A stretch of 64,000 nucleotides of DNA, taken from the NCBI GenBank assembly GCA_041690055.1, contig JBDNFB010000009.1, forward strand, positions 92 through 64,091, given 5' to 3'. Position 1 is the first letter of the stretch; the number at the start of each line of letters is the position of its first letter. The notes beneath the pieces are model-generated. The model was not told the DNA's origin. It did no database searches and saw nothing but the letters and a program-made list of their open reading frames with translations. Of this stretch, positions 52,258 through 61,654 are shown piece after piece. Origin of the DNA: Myxococcota bacterium (GTDB taxonomy: Bacteria; Myxococcota_A; UBA9160; UBA4427). The position numbers and the translations under genes were made by a program.

Positions 52258-52410
52258 GGCGGATTCCTCGAGTGCATGATGGCACGCCTCGCGTCTGCAG
52301 ACACGGACTCGCACCCCGCCCGCGCGCCGAGAATGAAAGCGCCGCGGCCGGCAAAGGAGAGCGCCGCGACTGCCAAGAAAAAGCGCCTGCGGCTGCCCCT
52401 AAAAAGAAAG

Positions 52411-52450
52411 GCAGGCCCGGCTTCACCGTGACCTGCCCTTGATTTGATCT
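52411..52450 (-). terminator. candidate rho-independent terminator/attenuator between nqrF and apbE
   Basis: Minus strand reads AAGGGCAGG-tcacggtgaagccggg-CCTGCCTTT followed by CTTTTT. The stem has one mismatch. Confidence 0.45.
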
Positions 52451-52490
52451 CGTATTCGTCCGGAGACGCCCTACGCGATCGTGATTCTGA

Positions 52491-53720
52491 TCAGCCGCCG
52501 AAATCGTCGAACCTGACGTTTTCGGGTTCGACGCCGAGGTCGGTGAGCATCTTGATCACCGCGTCGTTCATCATCGGCGGGCCACAGATGTAGTACTCAC
52601 AATCCTCCGGCGAGGGATGATCCTTCAGGTAGTTATCGAAAAGCACCTGATGGATGAAGCCCTTGTAGCCATCGAAATCATCTTCGGGCTGCGGTTCGGA
52701 GAGCGCGAGATGCCACTCGAAGTTCTCGTTTTCCGCCTGGATCGCGTCGAAGTCCTCGACGTAGAACGCTTCTCGGAGGCTGCGTGCGCCGTACCAGAAG
52801 GAAACCTTGCGGTCCGAGCTGAGTCGTCGGAACTGGTCGAAGATATGGGACCTCATGGGCGCCATGCCCGCGCCACCACCGATGAAGACCATCTCGTTCT
52901 GCGTGTCCTGGGCGAAGAACTCGCCGAAGGGACCGGAGATGACGACTTCGTCGCCCGGCTTCAAGTTGAAGATATAAGAAGACATCTGTCCCGGCGGAAT
53001 GCCTTCGGGGCCGCGCGGCGGCGGCGAAGCGATCCGGACGTTCAGCATGATGATGCCTGCTTCGTCCGGGTAGTTCGCCATCGAGTAGGCGCGGTTGATG
53101 GTCTCGCCGACCGTCGATGAATAGCGCCAAACATCGAACTGATCCCAGTCGCCTTGAAACTCTTCTTCGACGTTGAAGTCCTTGTAGTTCACTGTATGCG
53201 GCGGACATTCGATCTGGATATAGCCACCGGCGCGGAACGGGACGCTCTCGCCTGTAGGCAGTTCCAGCACGAGCTCTTTAATGAAAGTCGCCACATTATG
53301 GTTTGAGCGGACCGTACAGGTCCAGCGGCGGACACCAAAGATCTCATCCGGGATCTCGATGTTCATGTCCTGCTTGACCTTCACCTGACAGGAGAGTCGG
53401 CAGCCGTCGCGCGCGTCGCCGCGACTGACATGCCCAGTCTCCGTCGGGAGGATCGAACCGCCGCCGTCGTTGACCGTGACGCGACAAACGCCACACGTAC
53501 CCTGGCCACCGCACGCGGAGGGGATAAAGATCTGGTTATCGGCCAGGGTGTTCAGCAGCGTCGAGCCCGCTGGCGCCGTGAGCGCCTTGTCCGGATCGCC
53601 GTTGATCAGGATCGTGACGTCCCCGCTCTGGACGAGCTGCGCCTTGGCTGCCATCAGAATCATGACGAGCGCGAGAATCACAGTGGTGAATCCAGCTACG
53701 CCTAAGAGGATTGTTTCCAT
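52491..53720 (-). CDS. nqrF: Na+-translocating NADH:quinone oxidoreductase subunit F
   Basis: N-terminal TM, 2Fe-2S motif [19 protein letters not shown] domains ([20 protein letters not shown]). The real start is ATG 53720 (METILLG). The track ORF runs on through the upstream repeats. Confidence 0.95.
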   Translation of the reverse strand: METILLGVAGFTTVILALVMILMAAKAQLVQSGDVTILINGDPDKALTAPAGSTLLNTLADNQIFIPSACGGQGTCGVCRVTVNDGGGSILPTETGHVSRGDARDGCRLSCQVKVKQDMNIEIPDEIFGVRRWTCTVRSNHNVATFIKELVLELPTGESVPFRAGGYIQIECPPHTVNYKDFNVEEEFQGDWDQFDVWRYSSTVGETINRAYSMANYPDEAGIIMLNVRIASPPPRGPEGIPPGQMSSYIFNLKPGDEVVISGPFGEFFAQDTQNEMVFIGGGAGMAPMRSHIFDQFRRLSSDRKVSFWYGARSLREAFYVEDFDAIQAENENFEWHLALSEPQPEDDFDGYKGFIHQVLFDNYLKDHPSPEDCEYYICGPPMMNDAVIKMLTDLGVEPENVRFDDFGG

Positions 53721-53769
53721 CGTTCGTTTAAACTCCCTGGCTCGTGTTCTGGCTTCGTCCTGGCTGTCT

Positions 53770-53895
53770 GAGTCTTCAACCCAAGGCCGCGCCTGCGGCC
53801 GTAAAACAATCGAGTCTTCAACCCAAGGCCGCGCCTGCGGCCGTAAAACAATCGAGTCTTCAACCCAAGGCCGCTCCCGCGGCCGCAAGGTAAAT
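53770..53895 (-). repeat. 42-nt hairpin-containing tandem repeat x3 (REP-like) in the nqrE-nqrF spacer
   Basis: GAGTCTTCAACCCAAGGCCGCGCCTGCGGCCGTAAAACAATC occurs twice, plus one diverged copy. Each unit carries a GGCCGC-N4-GCGGCC stem-loop. Confidence 0.9.
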
Positions 53896-54503
53896 CAAAG
53901 TTGTATTCCTGCGAAGGCCATGAAGCCGACCGACATGAGGCCGACTGTGATGAAGGTGATACCTAGACCGCGGAGCGGACCGGGCACATTGCTGTATCGC
54001 ATCTTCTCGCGAATCGCGGCTAGGGCGACAACGGCAAGCAGCCATCCCACACCCGAACCCGCTCCAAAGACCGTAGCTTCCGCCAGCGTATAGTCTCGTT
54101 CCTGCATGAACAGCGATGCGCCGAGAATTGCGCAGTTCACCGCGATCAGCGGAAGGAACACGCCGAGCGCGTTGTAGAGCTCGGGTGAGAACCGGTCGAG
54201 AGTCATCTCGACGATCTGCACCGCAGCCGCGATCGTGCCGATCATCACCAGGAAGCTCAGAAAGCTCAGGTCGATATCGGGAACGCCGGCCCAGGCGAGC
54301 GCGCCGGGCTTAAGCAGGACGGTATTCAGCATCTGGTTGAGCGGACACGTAATGCCCAACACGAAGATGACGGCCATACCCAGGCCCATTGCTGTTTCGA
54401 CCTTCTTTGAGACGGCTAGGAAAGAGCACATCCCCAAGAAGAAGGCCAAGGCCATGTTCTCAACGAAGATTGCCTTCGTTGCTAAGCTCAAGTAGTGCTC
54501 CAA
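53895..54503 (-). CDS. nqrE: Na+-NQR subunit E
   Basis: [34 protein letters not shown] is near-identical in pattern to Vibrio NqrE. TTG start is preceded by GAGGAG. Confidence 0.95.
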   Translation of the reverse strand: MEHYLSLATKAIFVENMALAFFLGMCSFLAVSKKVETAMGLGMAVIFVLGITCPLNQMLNTVLLKPGALAWAGVPDIDLSFLSFLVMIGTIAAAVQIVEMTLDRFSPELYNALGVFLPLIAVNCAILGASLFMQERDYTLAEATVFGAGSGVGWLLAVVALAAIREKMRYSNVPGPLRGLGITFITVGLMSVGFMAFAGIQL

Positions 54504-55134
54504 CGTGGAACTCCTCTTCGATCTGCTCGGGCTTCCATGAGCGCACGGCCCAAATGAAGCATCCGATCAGGAAGAAAGCGGCCGGTGCCAAAAGCATCAG
54601 GCCATTCGGGACATACCAGCCACCCTGGGTGACCGGGTTCAAAATCGTGTAGCCGAAGAGCGACCCGGAACCGAGCAGCTCGCGGAAGAAGGCAACCGCC
54701 ATCAGGACGATCGAGTAGCCGATCCCGTTTGCGATGCCGTCAATGAAGGCGAGCTTCGGCGGGTTCTGCATGGCGAAGGCTTCGGCGCGGCCCATCACGA
54801 TGCAGTTCGTGATGATCAGGCCGACGAAGACGGAAAGCTCTTTAGCAATCTCGTAAACGAAGGCCTGGAGGATCTGGTCAACGACGATCACGAGCGACGC
54901 GATCACCGTCAGCTGGACGATGATGCGGATGCTGCTCGGGATTTTGTTGCGGAGAAGCGAGATAGACAGATTCGAGAGCGCGGTCACCGCGATCACGGCG
55001 AGACACATGACAAGCGCCGAGGACATCTTCGTCGTGACGGCGAGCGCCGAACAAATGCCGAGCACCTGAAGGGCGATCGGATTATTGTTGAAGAGTGGGT
55101 CGATGAACGCTTCTCGCGGGCTGACTTCTGCCAT
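54460..55134 (-). CDS. nqrD: Na+-NQR subunit D
   Basis: [20 protein letters not shown]...[14 protein letters not shown] are NqrD signatures. The C-terminal tail overlaps nqrE by 44 nt. Confidence 0.95.
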   Translation of the reverse strand: MAEVSPREAFIDPLFNNNPIALQVLGICSALAVTTKMSSALVMCLAVIAVTALSNLSISLLRNKIPSSIRIIVQLTVIASLVIVVDQILQAFVYEIAKELSVFVGLIITNCIVMGRAEAFAMQNPPKLAFIDGIANGIGYSIVLMAVAFFRELLGSGSLFGYTILNPVTQGGWYVPNGLMLLAPAAFFLIGCFIWAVRSWKPEQIEEEFHVGALLELSNEGNLR

Positions 55135-55148
55135 GGTCTGCTTCTCTC

Positions 55149-55193
55149 TTCTCTAACTTCTCTAACTTCTCTAACTTCTCTAACTTCTCTTAC
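55149..55193 (-). repeat. 9-nt tandem repeat x5 (plus TTCTCTAAC; mRNA sense GTTAGAGAA) just upstream of nqrD
   Basis: Read directly from the sequence. It ends 15 nt upstream of the nqrD ATG (55134) in the 111-nt nqrC-nqrD spacer. Confidence 0.9.
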
Positions 55194-55245
55194 TACTGTG
55201 TTCGGCATGACGAGCGTCGCGCCCGCAAAGCCGTGATGCCTTTTG

Positions 55246-56025
55246 CTAGACGCCTGCCTGCACGCGGTAATTCGCGAGGTAGGGTCCGAATCCATCATCG
55301 CCGAGCCAGAAGCGAACCAGGCTGGTCACGCCGCGGCTGGTAATCGTCGCGCCCGAGAGGCCATCGACGTTGTAGGGGTCTTCCGAGACTGGTCCGGCGG
55401 CGCCCTTCTTGACGGCGATGACGGGCTTGCCGCGCTCGTTGAAGGCGAGGCGTCCGGGCCAGAGCGCTTTCCAGCGCTTATTGTCCACTTCGCCGCCGAG
55501 GCCGGGCGTTTCTTTGTGTTTGTAGAAAGTAATGCCCTTGATCGTGCGCGCATCGGGAGCGAGCGCGAGATAACCGTAGAGCGTGCCCCAGAGGCCATAG
55601 CCTTCGATGGGCAGGATCAGACCCGTGAGCTCGCCGTTTTCCATGACGTCGAAGACGAGTGCGTTGTTCGGCAGGCGTCGCACTTTGGCGGCGTTTTCGG
55701 GCGCTTCCGTGCTTCGGTCGGGATCGCCGGCCGCAGCCTGCTGATCGAAGCTCGTTGCATCGATGTCGGGAATGATTTTACCCGTCTCGAGGGAGACGAC
55801 CTTCTGCTTGATGCTGGAACCGAAGAGTGTGGCGACTTCATCTCGCGGGACGCTGGCGCCGTCTTCGATCATGCCGGCGACGGTCAGGACTTTCGTCTGC
55901 CGATCGAGGAGCTTGTTCGCGTCTTGCATGTCCTTGAGGCCCACAGCGGAACCCGCGACAAACAGTGCGCATACGAGACAGATCGCGGCGGCAAAGCCGA
56001 TGATGTAGCTAGTACTATACTGCAT
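55246..56025 (-). CDS. nqrC: Na+-NQR subunit C
   Basis: N-terminal TM helix. Flavinylation site NVDGLSGATITSRGV. Confidence 0.95.
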   Translation of the reverse strand: MQYSTSYIIGFAAAICLVCALFVAGSAVGLKDMQDANKLLDRQTKVLTVAGMIEDGASVPRDEVATLFGSSIKQKVVSLETGKIIPDIDATSFDQQAAAGDPDRSTEAPENAAKVRRLPNNALVFDVMENGELTGLILPIEGYGLWGTLYGYLALAPDARTIKGITFYKHKETPGLGGEVDNKRWKALWPGRLAFNERGKPVIAVKKGAAGPVSEDPYNVDGLSGATITSRGVTSLVRFWLGDDGFGPYLANYRVQAGV

Positions 56026-57244
56026 AGCGTGCTTCCCTGCGGCGAACGTTCGCCTGGACGAAGTAGTGGTCGATCAGCGGCGCGAACATGTTCATGAACA
56101 GAATCGCGAGCATCATGCCTTCCGGGTAGGCCGGGTTGACCACGCGGATCAGGATGACGAGCACACCGATCAAGAGGCCGTAGATCAACTTGCCCTGGTT
56201 CGTGAAGGCTGAAGAAACCGGGTCGGTGGCCATGTAGACGAGGCCGAAGGCCCAGCTGCCCATGACCGCATGCCAGTACCACGGCACGCCGAACATCGGG
56301 TTCGTCTCGGAGCCGACGACGTTCAGGAAGCCGGCCATGATGATCGTTCCGCCGACGACACCCGCCATCGTTCGCCACGAGCCGATGCCCGTCCAAATCA
56401 GGTAGAAGGCGCCCATCATGGCAGCAAGGGTCGAAGTTTCACCCATCGATCCGGGAATGAAACCCAGGAAGGCTTGCGTCCAGCTCGCACCGGCGAGTGC
56501 AGCTTCGCCAGAGACAGCCGCCTGCGCGAGCAGGGTGGCACCGGAGTAGCCATCCAAGCCCGAGAAGTCCGCTGCGATCCATGCCGCGTCGCCGCTCAGC
56601 GCCGCGGGATATGCGAAGAAGAGGAAGGCGCGCGAAGTCAGGGCGGGGTTCAGGAAGTTCATACCCGTGCCGCCGAAGATCTCCTTCGCGAAGATTGTGC
56701 CGAAGGCCGTACCGATCACGACCATCCAGAGCGGGATCGTGGGCGGAAGCGTGAGCGGGATCAGCATGCCGGTGACAAGGAAGCCCTCGTTGATCTCGTG
56801 CTTGCGGATCATCGCGACGAGCGGTTCGAGGATGCCGCCGGTGGCCATCGAAGCGACCACAACCGGGAGGTAGTGGAGAGCACCGAAGACGGTGCACGCA
56901 ATGATATTTCGGAAGGACTCGCCGTCGATCGGGCCGGCGATGGCCTGATAGAGCCATGCCTGCCAGCTATCGAGCGGGATGGCGCCCTGCGCGATCGCGA
57001 GCATCGCCTGATAACCCGTATTGTACATCGCCATGCCCATACAGGGCAGAAGGGCGAGTACGACCGTGATCATCAGTCGTTTATTGTCGAGTCCATCCCG
57101 TACATGGGATGCCGTTCGCGTCACTTCACCCGGCGTGAAGAGGCCCGTGAACTGGGCCTCCCAAAGCGGGTAGAAAAATTCGAGCTTGCCGCCCTTTTCG
57201 AAGTGATGCTTTACGTTGAGGTGCGCGTCCTTTAGGAACTGCAT
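56015..57244 (-). CDS. nqrB: Na+-NQR subunit B
   Basis: Polytopic. Flavinylation site GLDGYSGATLLAQ. C-terminal NMFAPLIDHYFV. Confidence 0.95.
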   Translation of the reverse strand: MQFLKDAHLNVKHHFEKGGKLEFFYPLWEAQFTGLFTPGEVTRTASHVRDGLDNKRLMITVVLALLPCMGMAMYNTGYQAMLAIAQGAIPLDSWQAWLYQAIAGPIDGESFRNIIACTVFGALHYLPVVVASMATGGILEPLVAMIRKHEINEGFLVTGMLIPLTLPPTIPLWMVVIGTAFGTIFAKEIFGGTGMNFLNPALTSRAFLFFAYPAALSGDAAWIAADFSGLDGYSGATLLAQAAVSGEAALAGASWTQAFLGFIPGSMGETSTLAAMMGAFYLIWTGIGSWRTMAGVVGGTIIMAGFLNVVGSETNPMFGVPWYWHAVMGSWAFGLVYMATDPVSSAFTNQGKLIYGLLIGVLVILIRVVNPAYPEGMMLAILFMNMFAPLIDHYFVQANVRRREARYAV

Positions 57245-57251
57245 GGACCCC

Positions 57252-58637
57252 TCAACCCTCCTTCTCGATTATTTCGAGGTTCTTCCGCAAGAGCGGACCA
57301 AAATTATTCTTGCCCGGATCTACGTAGGTGCAGAGCGCGAGATCTTCTTCGTCAAGTTCGAGAATGCCGAAGCTTTCGGCGCGCTCGATATCGCCCACCA
57401 TCATTGATCGAAGCAAGAAGGTGGGCATCAAATCCATCGGCATGATCTTTTCGTACAGGCCGATCGGAACCATGGCGCGAACCGATCCGTTTGTGTTCGT
57501 CGTGAACCGGAATCGTTCGGGCTTAAAAATCTTCGAGAGATAGATACCGGTGACGGAGAAAAGATCCGCGCCGGGCGTGAGCCATCCCAAGAAAACGTTT
57601 TCGCGGTCTTCTTCAAGCAAGCTGATCTGCCGCTCGTAGCGACCCAGGAAGTCGAAGATCTCGCCTTCAGTTCGCTTACCAGAGAGAACACTGCCTGAAA
57701 TGGCGCGCATTTCTTTCTCGTCCGCGGCGATCTCGCCGGCCACGGTCTCGCTGATGCAGGCGCCGATGCGCGAACGGATGAGTCGCGGGTCTTCGACGTT
57801 CGGTCCGGCGATCGAAATCACGCGCGAGGTGTCGAGTCGACCCGTCGTCGCCAGGCGGCCGACTGCGGCGACGTCCTGGTAACCGATATGCCAAACCTTC
57901 TTCTCTCGGCTCACGGGGCGCAGCGTATGAATATGCATGCCGACCGTGCCCGAAGGATGCGGCCCGACAAAGCGCTCAACGCGCACCGTGTCCGGCGCCG
58001 CGTCTGCGATCTCGGAATGCTCTGTCGTGCAGAGATAAGTCGGACCGTCGACGAGCTTCGCGACGAGCGCGGCACCGAGTCGGAAATCGTCCATCTGATC
58101 TTCGAGGACAACTTCGGGGTCGGGCGCGTGAGGGTTTGTGTCCGTCGCAGTAATAAAGAGGGCTTCGGCCGTCGTGGTCGGCTCCGGAACCTTGCTGAAC
58201 GGGCGCGTTCGCAGCGCCGTCCATAGGCCCGATTCAACCATCAAGGCCTTGATCTGATCACCAGACAAGGATTCGGGAGAACCCCCCGTGAAATTCTCGA
58301 AGCTCTGGAATTCGTCATCCGCCGGTGTGCCTGACCGCTCGCCATCCGAAAGATCAATCACGACCGCCTGGAGCGCGCGCCTCTCGCCGCGGTGAATCCC
58401 GAGGACACGACCCGCAGCCGGCGCGGTATGCATGACGCCCGGAGACTTGCGGTCTTCGAAGAGAATCTGGCCGCGTTTCACGACCTGTCCCTCTTCAACG
58501 TGCATTCGCGGCTTCATGCCGGGATAGTCGTCCGCGACCACGGCCACGCGCGTGCAGGAGGCCGCTTCTCGGATGACCTGGAGAGGCTTTCCGGGAATGG
58601 GGAGGTCGAGGCCCTTGTGGATCTTATGCAGTGCCAT
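57252..58637 (-). CDS. nqrA: Na+-NQR subunit A
   Basis: MALHKIHKGLDLPIPGKP N-terminus and overall length are typical of NqrA. It is the first gene of the operon. Confidence 0.95.
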   Translation of the reverse strand: MALHKIHKGLDLPIPGKPLQVIREAASCTRVAVVADDYPGMKPRMHVEEGQVVKRGQILFEDRKSPGVMHTAPAAGRVLGIHRGERRALQAVVIDLSDGERSGTPADDEFQSFENFTGGSPESLSGDQIKALMVESGLWTALRTRPFSKVPEPTTTAEALFITATDTNPHAPDPEVVLEDQMDDFRLGAALVAKLVDGPTYLCTTEHSEIADAAPDTVRVERFVGPHPSGTVGMHIHTLRPVSREKKVWHIGYQDVAAVGRLATTGRLDTSRVISIAGPNVEDPRLIRSRIGACISETVAGEIAADEKEMRAISGSVLSGKRTEGEIFDFLGRYERQISLLEEDRENVFLGWLTPGADLFSVTGIYLSKIFKPERFRFTTNTNGSVRAMVPIGLYEKIMPMDLMPTFLLRSMMVGDIERAESFGILELDEEDLALCTYVDPGKNNFGPLLRKNLEIIEKEG

Positions 58638-58926
58638 GCTTACTCTGTCCGCCAGCCGGAGTTCTGGACTCGGGGCGCTCTGCGTGGTTGCTAGGCCGAG
58701 ACGCTGTGGATCGAAGAATTCGATCTCGAGGACGTCTCGGTGGAAACCGTCGATCTATGTTCCAAGCTTTGCGGTGCCACTCTAGTATCGCGACTAAGGC
58801 CGCTCGTCTTGCCGCTGCACAAAGCGCTCTTGCGGATTTTTCGTCTTCATTGTTCAGCTTGGCGCTGTTCTTGAACCGGAAAGTTCAGGGGACGTGCGCT
58901 GAAAAGAGAGCAGTTCAGACCAGATC

Positions 58927-59010
58927 CTTCAGCCAGCCCCCTTTTGAGCGGGCTCTGAAAAAGACAGCCTTGAGCGAGCCCGCTTTTAAGCGGGCTCTGA
59001 AAAAGTCAGA
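58927..59010. repeat. 42-nt tandem repeat x2, each with a hairpin followed by CTGAAAAAG, in the nqrA upstream region
   Basis: AGCCCCC-ttttga-GCGGGCT at 58935-58954 and GAGCCCGC-ttttaa-GCGGGCTC at 58976-58997. Period is 42 nt. Confidence 0.8.
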
Positions 59011-59396
59011 GATGTCAAAAGAATTCTGCGTGTTGGGATGACGGGAGAGTAGAGTTCCAGCAGGGTTCTTTCAAGCAATTCCGAGGCCGCAAACGGCCAC
59101 ACTTTGTCTGCGCGCGTGCCGCTTCATCGGGCCGCCCATCGGGTTGCTTGAGCTTGCTAGATGCTTGGGCGGGAACGTGCCCGGGCGCTGGCACGCGACC
59201 GGGTAGAAATGCAAGGAGGCAGAAGAACGCCGCAAAGTGACCTAGGGGGAAGGCGCGAAGGTCTCTAGGGTGATGCCTGGAGGGATTTCGCTTGGAAGCG
59301 AATAAGTGTTTGTACACAATTACGGTAGAGAGATATCCTAGGGACTGCAACAAATCCGGGCAGCATATCGCTGCAGAGCAGACGGAGGAGAACCCG

Positions 59397-59858
59397 ATGA
59401 GAGAGCCCAACTATATTCTCACTGCACGGGACCTGATGGCGACAGGTCTGCTGAGCTTTCGTCCCAAGCAAACGATCATGGAGGCCATGGCTGGCCTCTT
59501 GAAGCAGGGCGTGTCGGGTGGCCCGGTCATCGATGGTGATGGTCAGTTGCTCGGCGTGCTTTCAGAGCTCGACTGCCTTCGTGTCCTGGCCTCAGATGAA
59601 TTCTATCTCGAGGATCAGGAGGAGGGCGCGCTCGTCGAGAAATTCATGACCAAGGGCGTGCTCACGATTCCGGCTGATCTTGGAATCTATGCGATTTCGC
59701 ACTATTTCTTGACGAAGCCCGTTCGCCGCCTCCCTGTTGTCGAGGGCGGCCGGGTGATTGGGCAGGTCAGCCGCCGCGATGTCCTGCGCGGAGTCGAGCT
59801 CATGAGCCGAAAGCGGCTCGTGCGCAAACGCTTCCCGGACTATTTACAGCCCGCCTGA
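59397..59858 (+). CDS. CBS-pair domain protein
   Basis: ARDLMATGLLSFRPKQTIMEAMAGLLKQGVSGGPVIDGDGQLLGVLSELD and a second CBS unit ...RRLPVVEGGRVIGQVSRRDVL. ATG 59397 is preceded by GGAGGAG. Confidence 0.8.
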   Translation: MREPNYILTARDLMATGLLSFRPKQTIMEAMAGLLKQGVSGGPVIDGDGQLLGVLSELDCLRVLASDEFYLEDQEEGALVEKFMTKGVLTIPADLGIYAISHYFLTKPVRRLPVVEGGRVIGQVSRRDVLRGVELMSRKRLVRKRFPDYLQPA

Positions 59859-59910
59859 AGGAGGGCCGGGCTCAAGGCTGTTTAGAGCCGGCCCCGGTTC
59901 CGATGGGTTA

Positions 59911-59936
59911 AGCCAGGTCGAGCTCTCGACCTGGCT
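59911..59936. terminator. 12-bp perfect-stem palindrome in a convergent gap (likely bidirectional transcription stop)
   Basis: AGCCAGGTCGAG-CT-CTCGACCTGGCT. It is flanked by two further hairpins (59868-59900 and 59953-59982). There is no U-run. Confidence 0.4.
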
Positions 59937-59990
59937 GGCGGCGCGCGCCGACCCTATTGGGCGTTGCCGCTAATAGGGGCCGGCGGTCGA

Positions 59991-60422
59991 TCAGGGGAGT
60001 TTGACGAGGACTTTGCCGGTGACGTGGTCGCCGATGCTGTTGTGCCCGCGGAGCGAGACCTCGAAGGTGCCCGCTTCTTCGTCTTTGGCCGTCACGGCGC
60101 CTTCCAGGGTCATGGTGTCGCCCGGGTAGTTCGGTGCGCCCAGCCGAATGTCGACTTTGCGAAGGCGCGCCGCGGGGCCGGTCCAATCGGTCACGAATCG
60201 CCCGACGAAACCATTGGTCGTCAGAATGTTCATGAAGATATCGGGCGAGCCCCGTTCAGCCGCGAGGGTCGGGTCGTGGTGCACGTCCTGATAATCCCGC
60301 GAGGCGAGCGCGGTCGCGACGATCAGCGTCCGAGTGAGCGGAATCGCCAGAGGCGGGATCGCGTCCCCGACCGAGATCGAGGAAAGCGAGCGCGACGCGA
60401 CTGTGTCGACTTCGGCGCTCAT
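59991..60422 (-). CDS. MaoC-like (R)-hydratase hotdog subunit, C-terminal type
   Basis: ...DYQDVHHDPTLAAERGSPDIFMNILTTNGFVGRFVTDW is the hydratase motif region. ATGA-type overlap with the upstream ACAD gene. Confidence 0.75.
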   Translation of the reverse strand: MSAEVDTVASRSLSSISVGDAIPPLAIPLTRTLIVATALASRDYQDVHHDPTLAAERGSPDIFMNILTTNGFVGRFVTDWTGPAARLRKVDIRLGAPNYPGDTMTLEGAVTAKDEEAGTFEVSLRGHNSIGDHVTGKVLVKLP

Positions 60423-61579
60423 TGAAGGATCTCTCCGGGAGCGACGCCGGCCTTGGCTTCGGAGGCGATGATCGCGCCGAGGATCGAGAGCTGCTCAGCG
60501 GATCCGCCGAGCGTCATGGCGACATGCTTGAGGCGGAGGAAATGGCGATGGATCGGGTAGTCCACATCCGAGCCGATGCCGCCGTGGAGATGCTGACAGG
60601 TATGCGACACACGGTGGCCGCCCATGCAGGCCCACCATTTGGCGATGGCTGCGTACTTCTCCGAATCGTCGCCGTTATCGATTCGCCAAGCGGCCTGCCA
60701 CATGGTCGAGCGCATATTCTGCACATCGATATAGGCATCCGCGGCCCGCAAGGAGACGCCCTGGAAGGAGCCGATCTCGCGGCCGAACTGTTTTCGCTCG
60801 CTGGTATACACTGCGGTCTGTCGGAGGCCCTCTTCGGCGGCGCCGACGCCGATTGCCGAGAGCGCCGTTGCGGCGCGCGGTGCAAGCCAGGTGATCACTT
60901 CTTCGCCGCGTCCGGGGAGGGCGACGACGTGATCGCCCGAGACGGCCACATTGTCGAGGGTCACGACGAACTGTCGCTCGTGCGCGGTGGTGTCCTGCTC
61001 CGCGAGGGTGACGCCGTCGGCGTTAGGCGAGATCAGGAAGAGGCCGAGGCCGTTATCGCTCGAAGCGCTGACCAGGACATAATCGGCGGCGGCGGCGAAG
61101 GGGACGCAGACCTTCTCTCCGGTGAGGGCGAAGCCGTCGCTCGTGGCGGTGGCCTTCGTTCGTGCCTTATGCGCGAGCGCGGTGTCGCCGATTTCAAAAA
61201 GACCCTGGGTGAGGAGTACTTCGCCGGCAATCACGCGCGGCAAGAGGTCCTTCTTGAGGCTGTCGCTGCCGAATTTTTCGATCGGGAGCGCGGTATAGAC
61301 GATGCATTCCATCATCGGCAGAGGAGCGAGGTTGCGGCCCGCTTCTTCCAGCATGAGGCAGAGGGCGAGGAAGCTGAAGCCCTGTCCTCCGACATCTTCG
61401 GAGAGCGGGAGGCCGATCAGGTTTGATCCGGCGAGCTGACCCCAGAGGTCGGCGTCGAAGCCCGGGCCTTCGCGGTCGGCTTCGACTTCGCGCATGCGAT
61501 CGAAGCTGGTGGAGTCCGCGAGGATATGTCCTGCGAGGTCCTTGGCGGCTTCTTCTTCTTCACTGAATTTGAAATTCAT
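60419..61579 (-). CDS. acyl-CoA dehydrogenase family protein (subunit 2 of a probable heteromeric pair)
   Basis: ACAD fold motifs (LGLPLSEDVGGQG, FGREIGSFQGV, HGGIGSDVDYP). The canonical YEG catalytic position reads LGG. Confidence 0.75.
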   Translation of the reverse strand: MNFKFSEEEEAAKDLAGHILADSTSFDRMREVEADREGPGFDADLWGQLAGSNLIGLPLSEDVGGQGFSFLALCLMLEEAGRNLAPLPMMECIVYTALPIEKFGSDSLKKDLLPRVIAGEVLLTQGLFEIGDTALAHKARTKATATSDGFALTGEKVCVPFAAAADYVLVSASSDNGLGLFLISPNADGVTLAEQDTTAHERQFVVTLDNVAVSGDHVVALPGRGEEVITWLAPRAATALSAIGVGAAEEGLRQTAVYTSERKQFGREIGSFQGVSLRAADAYIDVQNMRSTMWQAAWRIDNGDDSEKYAAIAKWWACMGGHRVSHTCQHLHGGIGSDVDYPIHRHFLRLKHVAMTLGGSAEQLSILGAIIASEAKAGVAPGEILQ

Positions 61580-61654
61580 TGATTTACTCCGTTGGGTTCG
61601 ATCTGAGGGCGGCGAGTCGGAGCATAGGCTCCGTCGCCGACGATTCTTGAGATG

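Noticed and set aside
53721-53888. N-terminal 56-aa extension of the nqrF ORF containing [14 protein letters not shown] repeats.
   Set aside because: It is produced by reading through the 42-nt (14-codon) intergenic tandem repeat. NqrF homologues begin at the TM helix [10 protein letters not shown], and ATG 53720 gives the expected ~409-aa length.
53770-53895. Possible CRISPR array (three direct repeats with internal palindrome).
   Set aside because: The units are strictly contiguous with no unique spacers. There are only three copies, and they sit inside an operon with no cas genes nearby.
54460-54503. The 44-nt nqrD/nqrE overlap as a possible frameshift or programmed recoding site.
   Set aside because: Both frames are intact. 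nqrE has its own TTG start with a GAGGAG RBS. The NqrD conserved core ends (KPEQIEEE) before a short non-conserved tail. A simple overlap suffices.
58631-59410. ORFs 58631-59041 (+, 136 aa) and 59015-59410 (-, 131 aa) upstream of nqrA.
   Set aside because: The repeated peptide PPFERALKK/EPAFKRALKK simply reflects the 42-nt DNA repeat. There are no RBS or start contexts or motifs, and the composition is atypical.
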